Of a stretch of 64,000 nt of DNA, positions 27,038-41,411 are shown piece by piece. Below the pieces are notes generated by a model that saw only the letters and a list, made by a program, of their open reading frames with translations, made no database searches and was not told the origin of the DNA. The DNA is taken from assembly GCA_000320545.1 (NCBI GenBank), contig ADNK01003099.1, forward strand, positions 1 to 64,000, given 5' to 3'. The stretch comes from Bigelowiella natans CCMP2755 (Eukaryota; Protista; Cercozoa). How positions within the stretch are numbered: position 1 is the first letter of the stretch; each line of letters starts with the position of its first letter. Position numbers and translations under genes: made by a program.

Positions 27038-27528
27038 CTACCTTTCAGGAGCAGCACAAACACACAAGCGGAGGAGCAACTACACTCGAGACTCGCAAAT
27101 TGGGTTTTGGTGATTTTACCTCATCGAAATTTCAAACGAGTCTGGTCGTTCGGAGCTAAGCATTGCGAGGGATGAAAAATATCCGTGCCTGTTCGCGCGC
27201 TTGGCTTCTTAGGAAGTAACATGTCGGGGCGACCACAAAACTCTTTCTTAGTTACCTGATTCAACGCAAAAACTATGGAGTTTGCCATGTCGTAAGATGA
27301 GATTAATGGTCATTAATTCAATGATAGCGAAGCAAGTTCAGAGCTATCAGATTTATTTCAGATTTTCGTCATGAAGATGTGATGCTCCATCAAAGGGGAA
27401 TTTTAAAATATGAAATGAGCTTTCGCATGTATTTGTAAATTCGGCCTTCATCTCATGATTGTAAATTTTCACTAGTATCTGCAAAAATTGACATTCTTAT
27501 TGATCCTGTCTGACCCGTAATATTTCTA

Positions 27529-30476
27529 ATGGACGCAAAGAAGCATCCTGCACAATCCACGAAGTGTTAAATCTGCATCCCCTTCATCTTCTTTACCAAT
27601 ACTTAGACGCCATCAGACGAATAATAAGTAACAAATCTCATAGATAGATAGAATCTTCTTTAACAATTCTTGAAAACTGTTAACGAGTACGCAACAATCT
27701 CGTTGACAGATAGAAGTTTTGCTGATTAATTATGAAATGCATTCCATAGAAATTACGTTTCAAATAAACTAATAATCAGCAAACAAATAACGTTGAGGGA
27801 AAATTGCTCTTTGTCTGGAAACGAAACCGCGGATCCTCAAATCTCCGAATCTGGCCAGGATTCAAAAATTATGTACACCAGAAAGCAGAATGTAGTTGTT
27901 GAATCTGAGTGCTTATGCGGCCAGTTTCACAAGGTAGGTAAAATTCTATGAATCAACGACGACTAAAATAAAAATTGTGCAAGTCACTAAACGTACCCTT
28001 ATCGAAATGCATGTGTTAGGGTTGGCCTGAGAACAGGATAAGGTATCTAATTTACAAAAATTCATCTAATGATAGGTTAAAAAGATGTATTTATGCAGAG
28101 ACTTAAAGATATGCTACCAGGCTCTTGAAAGCATCAGATTATCATGTAAAGATCACATGGAGCTCGAAAAGGTTTTCAAGACATCTCATGGAATTAGTGC
28201 TCGGTACGGACAGACAACTTTTGCATGATCCCAATTCTGTTATTTTATGTTTTATTCACTCAAATTAATAGCTTAAAAGAAGGGCAGCCTAAATGGATCG
28301 AACTCATGCGGATACTGCTCAAGATCGTTGGTCGAGAAGACTCCTATGCTAAAGCGGTCATCTGAGACAAATTGAAATCCTATTTAGTGAATATTTCCAT
28401 CCAGTGATAGAAGATTGCAAGGTTAACAATTGCAGACCAGAAATACTGAAGTAAAGTTAATGTATAGGCTGCTATAGAAGATCTTTGGAACTGGAAGAAG
28501 AAATTTGTTTCCATGCAGAAATCGTAAAACTCATTAAGATTAAAATCAAAAAGTTTAAAAATATACATTTTCAGGTTCCTACGTCAACATGGTATTGGTG
28601 TTGCAAACTTTATGGAGCTGGTAATATGGAAACAAATGTTTTGAAGAAAAATCGCTAATTCATAATAATCAGTGCTCAAATCTGGTCGATTCTATCTGGG
28701 ACGAGGTCGTTGAGGGAGTTCCAGTGAGAAAAATTCTTAGAGCCAATCCCCGTCAAAGGTCAACTGAGCCATCGGACCGACCTCCAAATTATCGGTAATG
28801 TGGTGTAAAATAACTCCTTTAAATCCTGCTGACCAGTTTTACATTAGGCCGTCAGATCAGAATGCTAGAAACTCTATAATTGCGTCCTCCACTGCTCACC
28901 GTCAGTCTAGTCCATCTCAAGCGTCAATTTTCGGCCATACCTTGCTATCATTAGCAGCTGAACACAAACGGAGGAAGGTGTTTGTTTCTTTATTGTATTT
29001 GATAATATAAAAGAACTTGAATATCAGTTTTTGGTTAAGGCTGCCGAAAACCAAGATGCACTATTTACGAATAATTGCCCACCCCCTCAAAAAAAACAAA
29101 GACTCACGCAAACCAATTATTCAAGAATGAAAAATTTTTCAAAGCCTTGGAGTCCTCCTCCAGCATTGCCGTCCAAACGAGTGGGGATGATGAGACAGTA
29201 TAGCGAAGAGCAAATTAATGTACAATCGCCAGTCAGAAGAGCCCCTTCATCTTTTCCAACGAAGTAGCGAGAAATATCATGATCTAGGGTTGAGATTTTC
29301 AGTCTCACATTGTGTTTACAAATAGGTCTGAAGCAACATTTGAATGTGTATGCGGACATATGCATTCCTGCTGGCCTAAGAACAGATCAAGAGATACAAA
29401 GGTAGTTAACATCACACTGTATACAAATTCGATGAAACACTTCAACAATCCTCTTTTGTAAAGGCATGTTTAAAAGCCCTTCTTAGCCTGAAGAAAAATT
29501 GTACCTCCTTGGCGGGATTGACTAGATGCTTGAAGCCAAGAACTAAAAAAGAGAAACCCCGTTGGGCCGAGCTTCAATGTTTGCTCATTCAAAGATTGCG
29601 GGCAATTTCCAACGCGGACCGATATGGCATATATCGCGCACATAGGGTAATTGTAAATATATTTCTATGTGGTTCAATTAAATTTCCCTGAAAATATTGT
29701 AGGACTTAAAACTGTGGCAAATAAGAATGAAATCAATTGCTTCGAAGTTTCGCTCCGTACACGGACGCACAGTAGAGGGATATGTCACTTCTGTAGGTAT
29801 TGCTATAGACACTCTGGTTAGTGATCCAGCTCAGCACGAAGTTCATGATGAAGCGGTAGGAGACAGACCACTTCGTGAGAGCGAACAAAGTTTGCTTCAA
29901 TTTCAAGAAGCTACGACAAATGCTGCTTGTGTTCCTCCAGCTGTGTCACGAATTTCGTCTTTTTATGAAACTTCACATCGCGTAAAAAAGCAGGATACAA
30001 GAAATAATCGAAGCAATGATGGCTTCACACCAGAACGTCACGTTCATTCTCGTTTGCCTTCATTGCCTGCATATGAAAACAAAGCTGTGATGAAATCCCA
30101 TGGAGAAATATTGGCAAATGCAAAATTACAAGAAGAGACTATCAAAATAGCCCTTTGTATTATTGAACGAAAACCTTATTCATGTCCCATATGTAATGAT
30201 CGCTTTCACAACATCGCTGCACTGACAACACATATAAAGTCCGGTTCCCATAGACCTAGTCAATGCCCTCCTTGCTTAACCCGTAATAATACAACAATAA
30301 GTTCAAAACCTTCAAGTAACAGTGCATCGACCAAGCTCTCTGGAAAAGATCTTAATACCTATTTTGGCCAACAAACAATTTTATCAAGGGGTAAAAGTGG
30401 TTTTCGCCCATTTACGAATGATTTAAGAATTATGCGCCCAAAGCAGGAAACATTGCATAGCCCTATGCACGCATGA
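27529..30476 (+). CDS. Hypothetical protein with two copies of an unrecognised Cys/His domain and one C2H2 zinc finger; multi-exon
   Basis: Spliced exons give copy 1 ECLCGQFHK|GWPENRIR|DLKICYQAL.. and copy 2 ECVCGHMHSCWPKNRSRDTK|ACLKAL.. The last exon has PYSCPICNDRFHNIAALTTHIKSGSH. Start uncertain. Confidence 0.7.
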
Positions 30477-31640
30477 GGAAGAACCTAAAATTCGCAGATA
30501 CATGTTATTATTACATTGAACTTGGGGTTTCTAAAATTATCTAAAATAATTTAATTTGGACTAAATACTACTGACATCTACTGTTCAGCTAATAAAGCTG
30601 CACCGACCTTGATTTGGTCATGAAAACATAAGAGGAATTAACTAAAACAAACTGTCCACAAGAATATATTTAAATTTTTTTGGATATATTTCTCATTCCC
30701 AATCGCTGCAATCGATGCAGCAAGAGTACCATTGCCACACACTGCGGATAACCACAAATGAATGGTTTTTTGATTGTCATCGTTATCGATCCTGAACGAT
30801 CATATAACATACAAGTGACTGGAATTCTATTTAGATAACATGCATGCAGCCAAATGTCATTGAATGCCAGGGTCACCCTGAATGATAGACATGCAATACA
30901 CTATATATATATATATATATATATATTGTGTATTGCTGTGTCTATTATCTGATGTCAGCACAAATCGTTGTAACATTGTCATGTCTCCAAGATGAGTGTA
31001 CATTTTCTAAATATGCATAGCAAACATCCTCAGAGCTAGTCAGCTGCTAGCTAGAGCTGGCTAGTTGGAGGTCTAGAGGTGTGCTAGCATGTTGCGTCCG
31101 AGAAATTTATTTTTCGCTTATCTAAAGATCAAACTGCAAACATTGCTTTCCAAAGGCTCCACATTTCATCATTTCATGCACAGCGGACATTCTAAACACT
31201 CACAATCATCAACAGCTAGACAGGTGACCAGACAAATCTCTAGATCTAACTAACTAGCAGAAAGTGGATGAACTGTGACAGAATGATGCACATCTAGACA
31301 TGCTAGCATGTGAGCTAGCAGCACGCTAGCACGCTCACAGCTGGACAGCCTCACTAGCTAGCTAGCTAGCTTGCAACTTGATACCAAAAATGTCATCGCG
31401 CTTGCGAAATGCACATTGTCTTTTCGTGGAACGAATTCGAGCAAAACTTCATAATTAACAATCAATTACAAGTTCTGATGTTCGAAAAATATCTGTGCAT
31501 CTTGAATTCTTTTTATGAATTCAAGAAACAACTAGACGAGGCAACCAAAATAAACTGTGCTATCGCGCTAGCGTGCGTGAAGCATGTTTCGATGTCCATT
31601 GGGAACATTTCTTTACATATACTGTCTTACATTCTTTCAA

Positions 31641-34600
31641 TCACCAATCTCCGGATAGTCTAAAACTACCACTATGTGCTGCAAATATGTGTAATTTTGC
31701 AAGAATTTTATCCGAAACATGGTTGTAACGAACTTTCACATTTGGACGCAACGTCCAAAAGGCAGAGACATGCTCTTTTATGCAATCTTCATTTGCACTA
31801 TCGTTAGTTCCTTGGTAGTTATAATGCTGATCTTTTTGCATTTGCATCATTGGCTTCACTAAGACTCGATCTTTCGTCAGTTCTAACACCTCCGCCAGGA
31901 CAGAATAAAACATTGATGGTGACGACGATGACGATGATGATAATTCTTGGAAGGGAATATGTACTTTTTGTACCCGTTTCAATTCTTTTGACAAAGGCCC
32001 TTTTGAAGATTGGATCTTCACGCTGACTGTAGACCCGACGATAGGCTCACCATAACCACTAGATCGTTCAAGTCTAATGTCTCGCAGTGTTCGAAGTTCT
32101 CTTCTTAGCGCAAGTAGTGCATGTGCACCACGGTCAGTGATTCCATTGCCGATAAGAGTGAGACTTTGAAGGTTGTATGTTGAGTTCGAGGTCTTTTCTT
32201 TCAAAAGTGCTCGGCATAATTTGCGAATGCCACTATCCCCCAATTGCGTCCAGCTTAAATCTACGTGCTTTATAGGACAAGATTTGATAATATTAGCAAT
32301 TAGAGGAGCAGCTTTAGGTCCTAGAGGATTTTGGGAAAGATCCAGCCGACGAAGTGCCGTGCCGGCCTCTTCAAGCACGAAGCTGATTTCCGATAGTTCT
32401 TTAGTTGATAGAAACATCCTTTTCAGACTTAGCTTTGAGCGACGACGGCCCGAATTCTCAAGCTCGTACAGTTTTGACCGTGTAAAATCCACCGCCTGGT
32501 GAGCCTTGGCTCGGCAAAACTCCTTGCGTGCGGAGTGGATAGCTGGATGCGAATTCATGAACAATAACCATTTCAGACGGAATCTGATTCGGAGAGACTT
32601 TTTTTGCTGGTTTCTATAATCTCGAGCTGCCGCATCCACCGATTGTCCCCCCCCTGCTCCTCCTTCAACCCGGGTGCTTGCAACTGTCCCCGGAGTTGCA
32701 GAGTCCATTGAAAGAAACCGAGTGCGGCGACGTCTGGTAGGGGTTGATACGACTGAATTTGACATGAATCTTCTTGTTTGTTCTATTCTGCAGCCTGAGG
32801 AATCGTATAGGCATATATGATGATGATTCCTCTGTTTGAAATCGCCATCCACATTATTACTATCATCATGGGCCTGCTTCTCACTATCATACTCCACTGA
32901 CGGCATTGGGGCATAATGTGCGTTGGGAGACGTCTTAGAGATAAGGCAATTGTTAATCGGAGGGCATTTCAAGGCCATTTCCTCGTCGCATACGACTGGA
33001 TTATTCTCCAATCTACCGACAGTACAGTCCTCCTTTTTGTGTCCTTTGCGGGCTAATTCACTTCCGTCATTGATGCTTCTTCCAAATGTTGCCGCTGCAA
33101 ATTGCCTACTGACCATATTTCCATCATCCGTGTCGTTCCTTGATTTTTCCTCTTTAAATCTTGGAAGTGTGCCACAAGAATCATCAAATGCAGAAACTGC
33201 AAGTCCTGTAGTTGATGAGGTGGTGGATGTGCTTAAAGCTGATGATCGAGTGGCGGTTGGCCCGTTTGAATCGTCATACATGAGAGAATCATCATCCTTT
33301 TTCTCTACAGTGATACTTATGGAGACTCTTTGCGAATTTATCGATTCAGGCTGTGAGTGCTGTTCTTTTCCGTGCTGTTGCCCTTGTTCTTTCAGCAATG
33401 ACTTGATATCGTGTTGATGGAAATACGAATCATCTCTCATTCCGTCTATCTTGGCGATCGAATGCATTTTTTGAGCTGCGAGCTGTTTGTCTCTCCCCCT
33501 CTGTCTAACAATCCTCTTCATCACTTGTGCACAGAAGGCAAGGACAATTGGGTTGTTGTGGTGGTGATCGACTAGTAGTGTGGAATAGTACGCGTAGTAT
33601 CCAGAATCAAGGAGCTGTAGAATACTCAAAGGGGAGGCTGGGTGCTGAACATCGAATAAAGCAGCTGCGCCCGTCAACCAAGCAATGATTTTGAGCAGAA
33701 ACAACTCCAGAATTATCGACCACCACCTTCATAAAGCGATTGATAGGACGGGGGAAGAAGGGGAAAACAAGCAAAGAACGAGAAGAAAAAAGAGAGTGAG
33801 AAAGGAGATCACTTTTATTTTAGAGTTCCAATGTAACACCAAAAATACAATTTCTTTTTCTACTCTTCGCTTATCAATCATGAGCCGCACAGTAGTTATG
33901 CTGCTGCTGCTGTCATCACCCTGCACCCTCTAAGACAAAATACTATATTGCAGCTGCCACTGCTACTCTTACATTGTGAATGAGAGGAAGGCAACAAAGC
34001 TATAAACGAGATTTCGTGATATGAAACCCTCGGACCCCCGGATACTGAAGACTTTGCGTCCAATCAAATACGACAGGTATTGTATAAGGAACAGTAGCGA
34101 GAGGCTGTAAAGGATATAATTCACGACTGGATTGAAGACATGGGCTCGAAGGAACTTGATGAAGTACATCACTGCTACGAGCACGATGATCATTAGCGCG
34201 AGCCAGAAGGTGACCCAATAGAGCATGATGGTGTTGACCATCACCAACAATATCATCTTGATATTTCTGCAAAAAGACAATCGACACAAGCAACTAGATG
34301 AGGACGTGGCAGTGAGGACAAAAGCAGAGCAATGTCGGTGGGCTGTGGGTTGTTGCGGTCTCCCACTCACACACCCATCTCCGCGCATACAAATCCACTC
34401 AAACGGGCGCTGGTGCAGGACACTGCCAACTACTACTTCTGCTACTACCCGTTGGCGCTGAAGACGTCCTGGGGATTAAACCAGTACTCTCCCCTCCTCA
34501 GCCGAAGGATGTGACGCTTGTACGCGTTGTAGAGCCGCAGGAGGAGGACCGAGCAGTTGAGGGCAGCAAGCATGGAGAGAAGCACTGCACGCTCGCTAAT

Positions 34601-35361
34601 GATTCCCGTAATCATCGTAACGGGCACTCCCTGAGTAGACTGAAGCCACGTCAGTGTGTATCCAGCCACATGAAACCCCACGGCCTTCATCGTGCCATCC
34701 ATGATATACCGCGCTGGGGAAGGGTGATAGCGGAAGTCCACGGCTAGCATCTCGTCGTTGTCAAAGCTGCTTTGGAGTGAGTATGCGATCCAGTGGAGAA
34801 GTTGCACCCCTAATATCGCGCACACGACTATTATCACAGCCCCAGCCCCAAGGGAGGCGAGTAGCATCAGCGGGGAATAGTAGTAATCGAGTGGGTGCTG
34901 CTCGAGCCGGACAAAGCCAAGATCTAGCAGCACGTTCGCATACTTCTTCTCGGCGTTGAAGCGGTTGGTATGGTTCTTGGACATGTCAAAGGACTGTGGA
35001 TGCGGGCTGATGGGCTCGTCTGCAAGGCGAATGACTGGTCTCCTCTTCTTCTGTTTACTGCTGTTTTGTTTTTTGTACTTGCCGAAGGCGGTGGTAGCAG
35101 TAGTAGTAGTAGTAGGAGAGGTGGAGGTAGTGGTGGTAGTTGTGGGACGCTGAGTCGATAGGGCCTGGTATTTGACGACGGCGTCATTGGATTTATTTTC
35201 TTGTGACGATTTCTGATTTCGAAATGATGATAACTGGGTGAGTGGCAAGGCGTGGATGAAAGGGTCAGAAACAAATAAACGGCGGAAATGATAAAGTTGC
35301 TACACACACCCCATTAACGATAATAGCTGCGACATATTCACCACACACATACACACACACA

Positions 35362-35396
<35 letters not shown>

Positions 35397-35530
35397 CTCT
35401 GCGCCGTGCACATTCACAGTATATTTATTATGTTCTCCTTAGGCACTCGCTCTACTTCCTCTTTTTCATTTTTGTTTCCCCCCCCCCCCCCCTTCTTTCT
35501 TCATTTTCTTTCTTCTTCCTCTCCTACTAT

Positions 35531-35568
<38 letters not shown>

Positions 35569-38141
35569 GAGCAGAGAGGTTGGGATTGGATCCAAATAAT
35601 CGGTAATAGTATGAGCTATCAAATCCGTGTTGATCAGGAAAGTAGTCCCCATTGCCACCGCTACCACCACCACCACCCCCACTGCTGCTGTCTCTTAGAT
35701 GATTTTCATGCGTGATGTAGATGTAAGGAAACAGCCCGAGGAAGAGGCTAGGCCAGATCTTGATCACCTAATATTTTGATTTCTTGTTTGTTAATTCATT
35801 CCTGAGCGGCAATCTAAGCATTGCTGCAACAACGGCCTTGGAATGGCGACGATGACAGAGAGCTCTGAGGAAGAAAACGGTGCGCGGCATGCTCAGGGGG
35901 AGGGGGGGTTATTATATAGTATTACCGAATCGCCGCGACTCCTGATACAAAAGAGAGGGATGGGGGGGGTTTCATACTTGCCTGAATTCTTGTTAAAGAC
36001 TAGCAACGCTGGGTCGAATCGCGCTGCGACATATAGCTCTGCGGCTGTGAGCCGTGCTTGAGCATAACCCATTCCTTGGGAAGCTTCGAGCTGTTGGTTC
36101 TGCTGCTGGTTCTGCTGCTGCTGCGGCTGTCGCTTTCCTTCACTCTCTGCGTATGGTGGAGGAAGAGGTGAGGGGGGCGGTGACGATGCCGAGTATCCCA
36201 AGGAAATGGGGAGAAAATGGGGCAAGGACGATGGTGGTGGCGAAAATATTGGAGAGAGGAATGGCATCGTGGGATCTTGGCTGCTGCTGGTAGTATCATT
36301 TGCTGATGATGAATTGAGCTCGGTCTTGCGACTTGAAGCTTGTGGGGAACCTCCTCCTAGCCCCCTATCGTCATCACGACGTATACTTGATATGCTGCAC
36401 AGATCACCGCCGGAGGGGCAACACGGCTTTATCGGAGTGCGCCTGTGCGCTCTCGCCGTGGTGTATTGCCGCCTTAGAAATTGATTCGTGTGAGGGTCGT
36501 CTTCGAGCGCTCGTTTGCCGACGTTCAAAGGATGCGAATGCCGTTGTTGTTCGTGCTGCAGCCGGTTCTTCAGCTTCCTGTTGCGTGGCGCTTGAGCCAA
36601 GAGAGTGTGTTCCATGTAGTAGAAGGGAAGACTGATAGACATGAAGGCAAAAATCGTCACCATCCATAGCCTCTGCCCGTAGCAGGACGTTAGCGTGCAA
36701 GAGTTGGTGAGGATCACTGCGAAAACAGTGAATACCATCAGGACGAAGAGAACAGGCATCCACACGGAAGGATCAAGATGAACGAGCTTCAGGTAAAACA
36801 GCCGCAAACGGTGCTTGCAAGCGGAGACGATGCGAGCGAGCACTCTTCGGAGGTGCAGCTTTATCGTGCGAAAGTAGAAGTGGATGCCAGCCAGGAGGAG
36901 GAGGAGGAAAAGGAAGGAAATGATGATGGTCAGGGGGAGGTTGAGGGTGGATATCACCCCCAGGGCCATCGTGAGCCCAGCATAGGCAATGTAAATGAGC
37001 GCGGTTGCAAGATCTAGCGAGATTCTGATGCCGGCCTCTTCGCAAGTCTTCGCCAAACGAGCGGAATGGAACCCAAACAGGCCAAAGGCCTCTCCCGTCA
37101 TCATCGCCGTGGTACCGGCGAAAATGAAAGAAAAATAGGAATAGCTGCGCAGGGAGTTGAACGAGACGCCAAGCAGCGTGGAGACCAGGAGCAAAGCTAC
37201 AGGCGTCCTTGTGACGACCAAGGAGGGGGAGGGAGAGGGGGAGGAAGAGGAGGACGAAGAAGAAGAGGAGATGAACCCCCACGAATGAATGAGCGTGCAG
37301 CTGAGCGTCTGTGCGATTAACAAGGCGAGGGCATAGCAGTGTAGCTGAGGCTGTATATCGATGGATCGCTCTACCACGACCCAAATCCCCACGAAGCAAG
37401 GAAGGTCTACGAGGAGGAGAATGTGCATCAACTCGCACCGGTGCTGACTCCAGCCGTAGTAGCTTGGCAGCCAGAACACGTAAGCGGCGACTGTGAGTAG
37501 CAGCATGACGGGGATGCGAGGAGTGTCGGCTTCATGTGTCTCTCGGCCTTCCAAGTAGGTGAAGAACACCCGCACAGGAGAAAGCCACGATGCGTGCACG
37601 ACTCGGTGCAACACGCGCTGCAGCGCGACGAGGAATACGGCGAGTTTGATGACGCTCCGAGCCATTCCTTCGTCGTTGCGGCTCTGCCTCTCCTTGACAC
37701 ACGCACGGACTATCACTCTGAAAAGCAGCAGCGCGACGAGGACACCCACGAGTACACCGGGAAGCAGGACGATCATAGTATAGCTCGGCACAACATCACG
37801 GCAGTCTCCCTTCGGCGTGAGGTCCCCCCCAATCATCAGATTCACCAGAAACTCGACCCAGTCATAGGGGGTGCACACGGAGTCCATGAGGTAGTACATC
37901 ACGGAGAGGATTCCCCAGAAGTAAACAAGGCAGACCAGCCACCAGGCTACCATGCTCGGCCACGTGTGGTGCGCCGGCATTGCGTTTGCTATCATGAGAG
38001 GAATGGCAAGGATCCACATCAAGGCGAAGACCGCTAGGAAGTTGTTACTGAGCCATACGGAGAGCGAGTCGAGAGGGTGGATTGCCGCGTACCTAGGAGG
38101 AGGACAGCAGGGGTGTGATCATGTTCGTGAACCGATTGGGG

Positions 38142-38214
<73 letters not shown>

Positions 38215-39979
38215 GGCACTTGAAGGACAAATTTTGATATGTGGATGATCTACTAGTAGTGATGGTGGTGAATACCTTGTCCCACCGACACTTATATTGA
38301 GTGTTGTCCCAACGAAGACGAGCTGCTCATTGCTTGTGAATGGAAGAGGGTTGACGCCACTGAAGAAAGGAACTCGCTCATGACCGCTAGCAAGAGAAGC
38401 TTGCTGATGCAACAGTACTGAGCACACGTCTCCCACTTGGTTATAAGTGGAATTGTCGGTGATTTTCGGTCGTGGGATTTGCCATATCTCTGCTTTTTTT
38501 CCGAGTACAAATAGCTCTAATTGGACGCTGCCCTGCGGAGCATCCCACACAACTCCATCAACACAACTAAAGTTCTGCATTCCGCCGCCAGTATCATTGT
38601 CACTAGCGCTACCATCACCAGTTTCATCATCATCGTCGTCACCCATTGAAACGAATTGGTCGAAGGTGAGAACGGCGAGTTGGAATTGTCCTCGAGGCCC
38701 AAGTTGTTGTGTGGTGAGGGGCGGGGCAGCAGACGAGTCGTTGGATGCTGCTAGCAGCACGCGATTAGCCGCCTGCAGACCTCCCATGTGCTCGATGAAC
38801 TCGGGTTCCCATTCCACCCACACGGCGAACCTAACAGCAGCTTGGAAGCTGGATAAATCGATCGGTATTGGCCCCTCCCCGAGCACGAAGACCTTGCAGC
38901 TTTTAAGAGGGGAGCGCACTTCCACCCAGGTCACTGCTGCTACGGGATTGCTGCTGCCACTAGCAAGCTCTCGAGCCGGCATGTTGGATACCATATATGC
39001 GAGCAATACGTAGGAGGACGAACCGGGGCCGCTGGTAAACGCCGTGTTGAAGCAAGCGAGGCCGTCGTTATTAGTCACTTGCTGCACCAGAAACCCCCCC
39101 CCCCTCTTGACCTGGACGCTCTCCGTCTCAAACTTCTCCAGGGGGGCCTGCACGATGTTGTCGTAGTTCCCGTGCATCCACACGGAGAAGAAGAACTCCA
39201 TGTCGTTGCGGTAGGTGTCGCTCTCGCCGAAGAAGATACTGAACCCCTCGGAATAGAGTTTCAGGAGCCCTTGCTGATACAAGGACAAGATGTCCTGGCT
39301 AAGAACCTCCTGCGTGATATTATCTGTCCGACCGAGACGATAAGCACCGATCTGAACAACTAGATTCTCAGCCTTAGTTGTCTCCCCATCTACAGATACT
39401 CTGGAAGATACAAGACAGCAGGGGCAATATAGAAGGGTGCGGAGGGGGGGGGGGGGGGGGAGAATGAGTGTGCATCAAGACTCTTTAATGATAATATTAA
39501 AGACGGTACACACGATAACAAGCACTCATAATAAGGGGGCGGGCCACTCACAACAGCAGCAGTCAAAACCTTGCTTCGACGCAAGTCTGGACGGTATCAT
39601 TTGCGTTTCCATAAATCCAGACAGAGCGGCTCTGAGGCTGCTTGGAGACCGATAATTGATAGATCGTGTCCGGGAGCGTAACATTAGAAGCATCACCAGC
39701 TGTGCTGTTGGTTGGGAAGAGCTGGCATTGGAATAAAACGGTGCCGTTTATCAGCACCGCACGGTGGTTCTCTATCTTCTCTGAGCCTGATTTGAGCGGA
39801 GGAATTTGTTAATACTCAATGACAGTTGATTGACCATGACTTTTGACAACGAAGCAATGACTGATCGAAACAGTGAATTCTGTTGCTATTTGCTTAGTAG
39901 CTATGGGTAAGCATCAGTATTCTTGAATATTCTTTGCATCTTTGCCCCTTCTTGCTTACCTCCTCTCTCAAACCTTTTT

Positions 39980-40021
<42 letters not shown>

Positions 40022-40699
40022 TTACTCTCTTTCTCTCTCTCCCTCCCACTCCCCCCCTCCCCCCCCGATATAGTAATCGGTTCTATTTCACAACTTTGAA
40101 CGCATTTCCTGTGGCCAGCTTCTTCACCGAATGGGTCATGGTTGGTGACGTGCACGCACACCTCTGTTCCAAGCGCTTGTGTAATTGCATGTTGGCTTAT
40201 GTCCCCAGGATAGGAGGCAGCAACGCCATTTCTATCTGCCGGGGGAGGGGGGATTGGGTGCGACATGAAGGCGTTGTCACCGCAATCACATCCAACAACG
40301 GCATGGAGGCTCATTGGCGGAGTAGCAGGGAATACAAACGCGAAATCTTCGATATCCAAAAGTAGGGGGGTCGCTTCTTCGCCAGGATTTTCGTAGTCGC
40401 GGACATTTCCGCTGTTGCGATCAATGCAGTCGGTATGCATCACCCACTCCATTCTTACATCCTGGCTTATTGTCCAACGTGCTGTGCCATCAGATGCTTG
40501 AAGATTGTCGCGGATAAGTAGACTTCGTATTCCCTTTTTACAAAGCATGAGCTTCGAGAGAGAGGGGCAGCTGCCCCCACTAGCCTCTTCGATGTCTATT
40601 AAGCAGATCTGGGCTCCAGAATTCACATTGTAGCAGCAAGCAATATATTGGAGATGGAGGGGGGGAGGGAATTGGCCTGCAGCACGAGTCGTAGTACTG

Positions 40700-40730
<31 letters not shown>

Positions 40731-41411
40731 CTGCTGCTGCTGTGTAGGTAGTGTTCGGAGCATACGGGTTCATAGTGCGGCATGTTGTTGTCTGGGTTGG
40801 CTTCAATGTAAGAGCACATGTACAGCCCTCCACGGGAGCCTTTCTACGATCCAGGATTACCGATTCCAAACCTATCATTTTCGAAGCAAACGCGTGCAGC
40901 ATGAGTGAGACGCTCATCAGCTGCACCCATGGCATTATGGTGCGAAACCCAAAAAACCGGCATGTGCAACAAAATACCCGGTCCGAAAAACCCAATCACC
41001 TTGATTCGTGCCGACACTGAAAAAGTGAGCTTCCGACTTGACGAAGTCTTGATAGTAGGGCTTTGCAACTTGTGTGATGCCAGTGTTTGGCGGGTATCTC
41101 TCAACCGTAGCAGGGAGGAACGTGAAATAAGCGCTGGTACAAATGACGAAGGCGAACATTAGTAATACGAGTAGACGGGACATAACCCTATCACTGGATA
41201 AATCTAGACACCGCATACGATTGGAGTCGACGTATCTTCCTGCCTCTTGCTTCTCGGTGGGGGGGGGGGGGGGGGCAGGAGGCATAGGACCAGAAGCTTG
41301 AATAGAGCCCTCAGGCAATTCCCGGATTTTTTGGTCGCTGCCTGCCCAATGGCTGTCGCTGTGTCTTTCTTTCGTATAAAACTTTACTGTATTGCTCTCC
41401 ATATAAAACAT
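31641..41411 (-). CDS. Very large multi-pass membrane protein with C-terminal RNI-like leucine-rich repeats; probably one multi-exon gene (may be two)
   Basis: Consecutive large minus-strand ORFs (40935-41411, 39901-40995, 39563-39757, 38119-39288, 35893-38022, 34445-35248, 33969-34388, 33729-33926, 31641-33704) are separated by intron-like SSR blocks, and several junctions splice in frame. Many hydrophobic segments. LRRs: LRRLDLSQNPLG, IKHVDLSWTQLGDSG, LQSLTLIGNGITDRGA. Confidence 0.7.

Larger units (their letters stand above)
20170..27290 (-). pseudogene. Decayed multi-exon gene of unknown function, interrupted by the LTR retrotransposon and strongly TpA-depleted
   Basis: Exon-like segments with splice signals lie on both sides of the element (e.g. 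MLFAKNLIRMAWKNQKADLRRAFAE|KCNATIDAALSEAENVSSKIFAPDD and FLRRLVWQSQKARILMHKTVKAQCNFMCSKHAPNHKHGEF). Removing the element and one TSD copy rejoins ...AAG GAT GAC CTG AAC GAC CAG|gtcagt. Stops and a Cys/His excess are present. Boundaries approximate. Confidence 0.55.
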
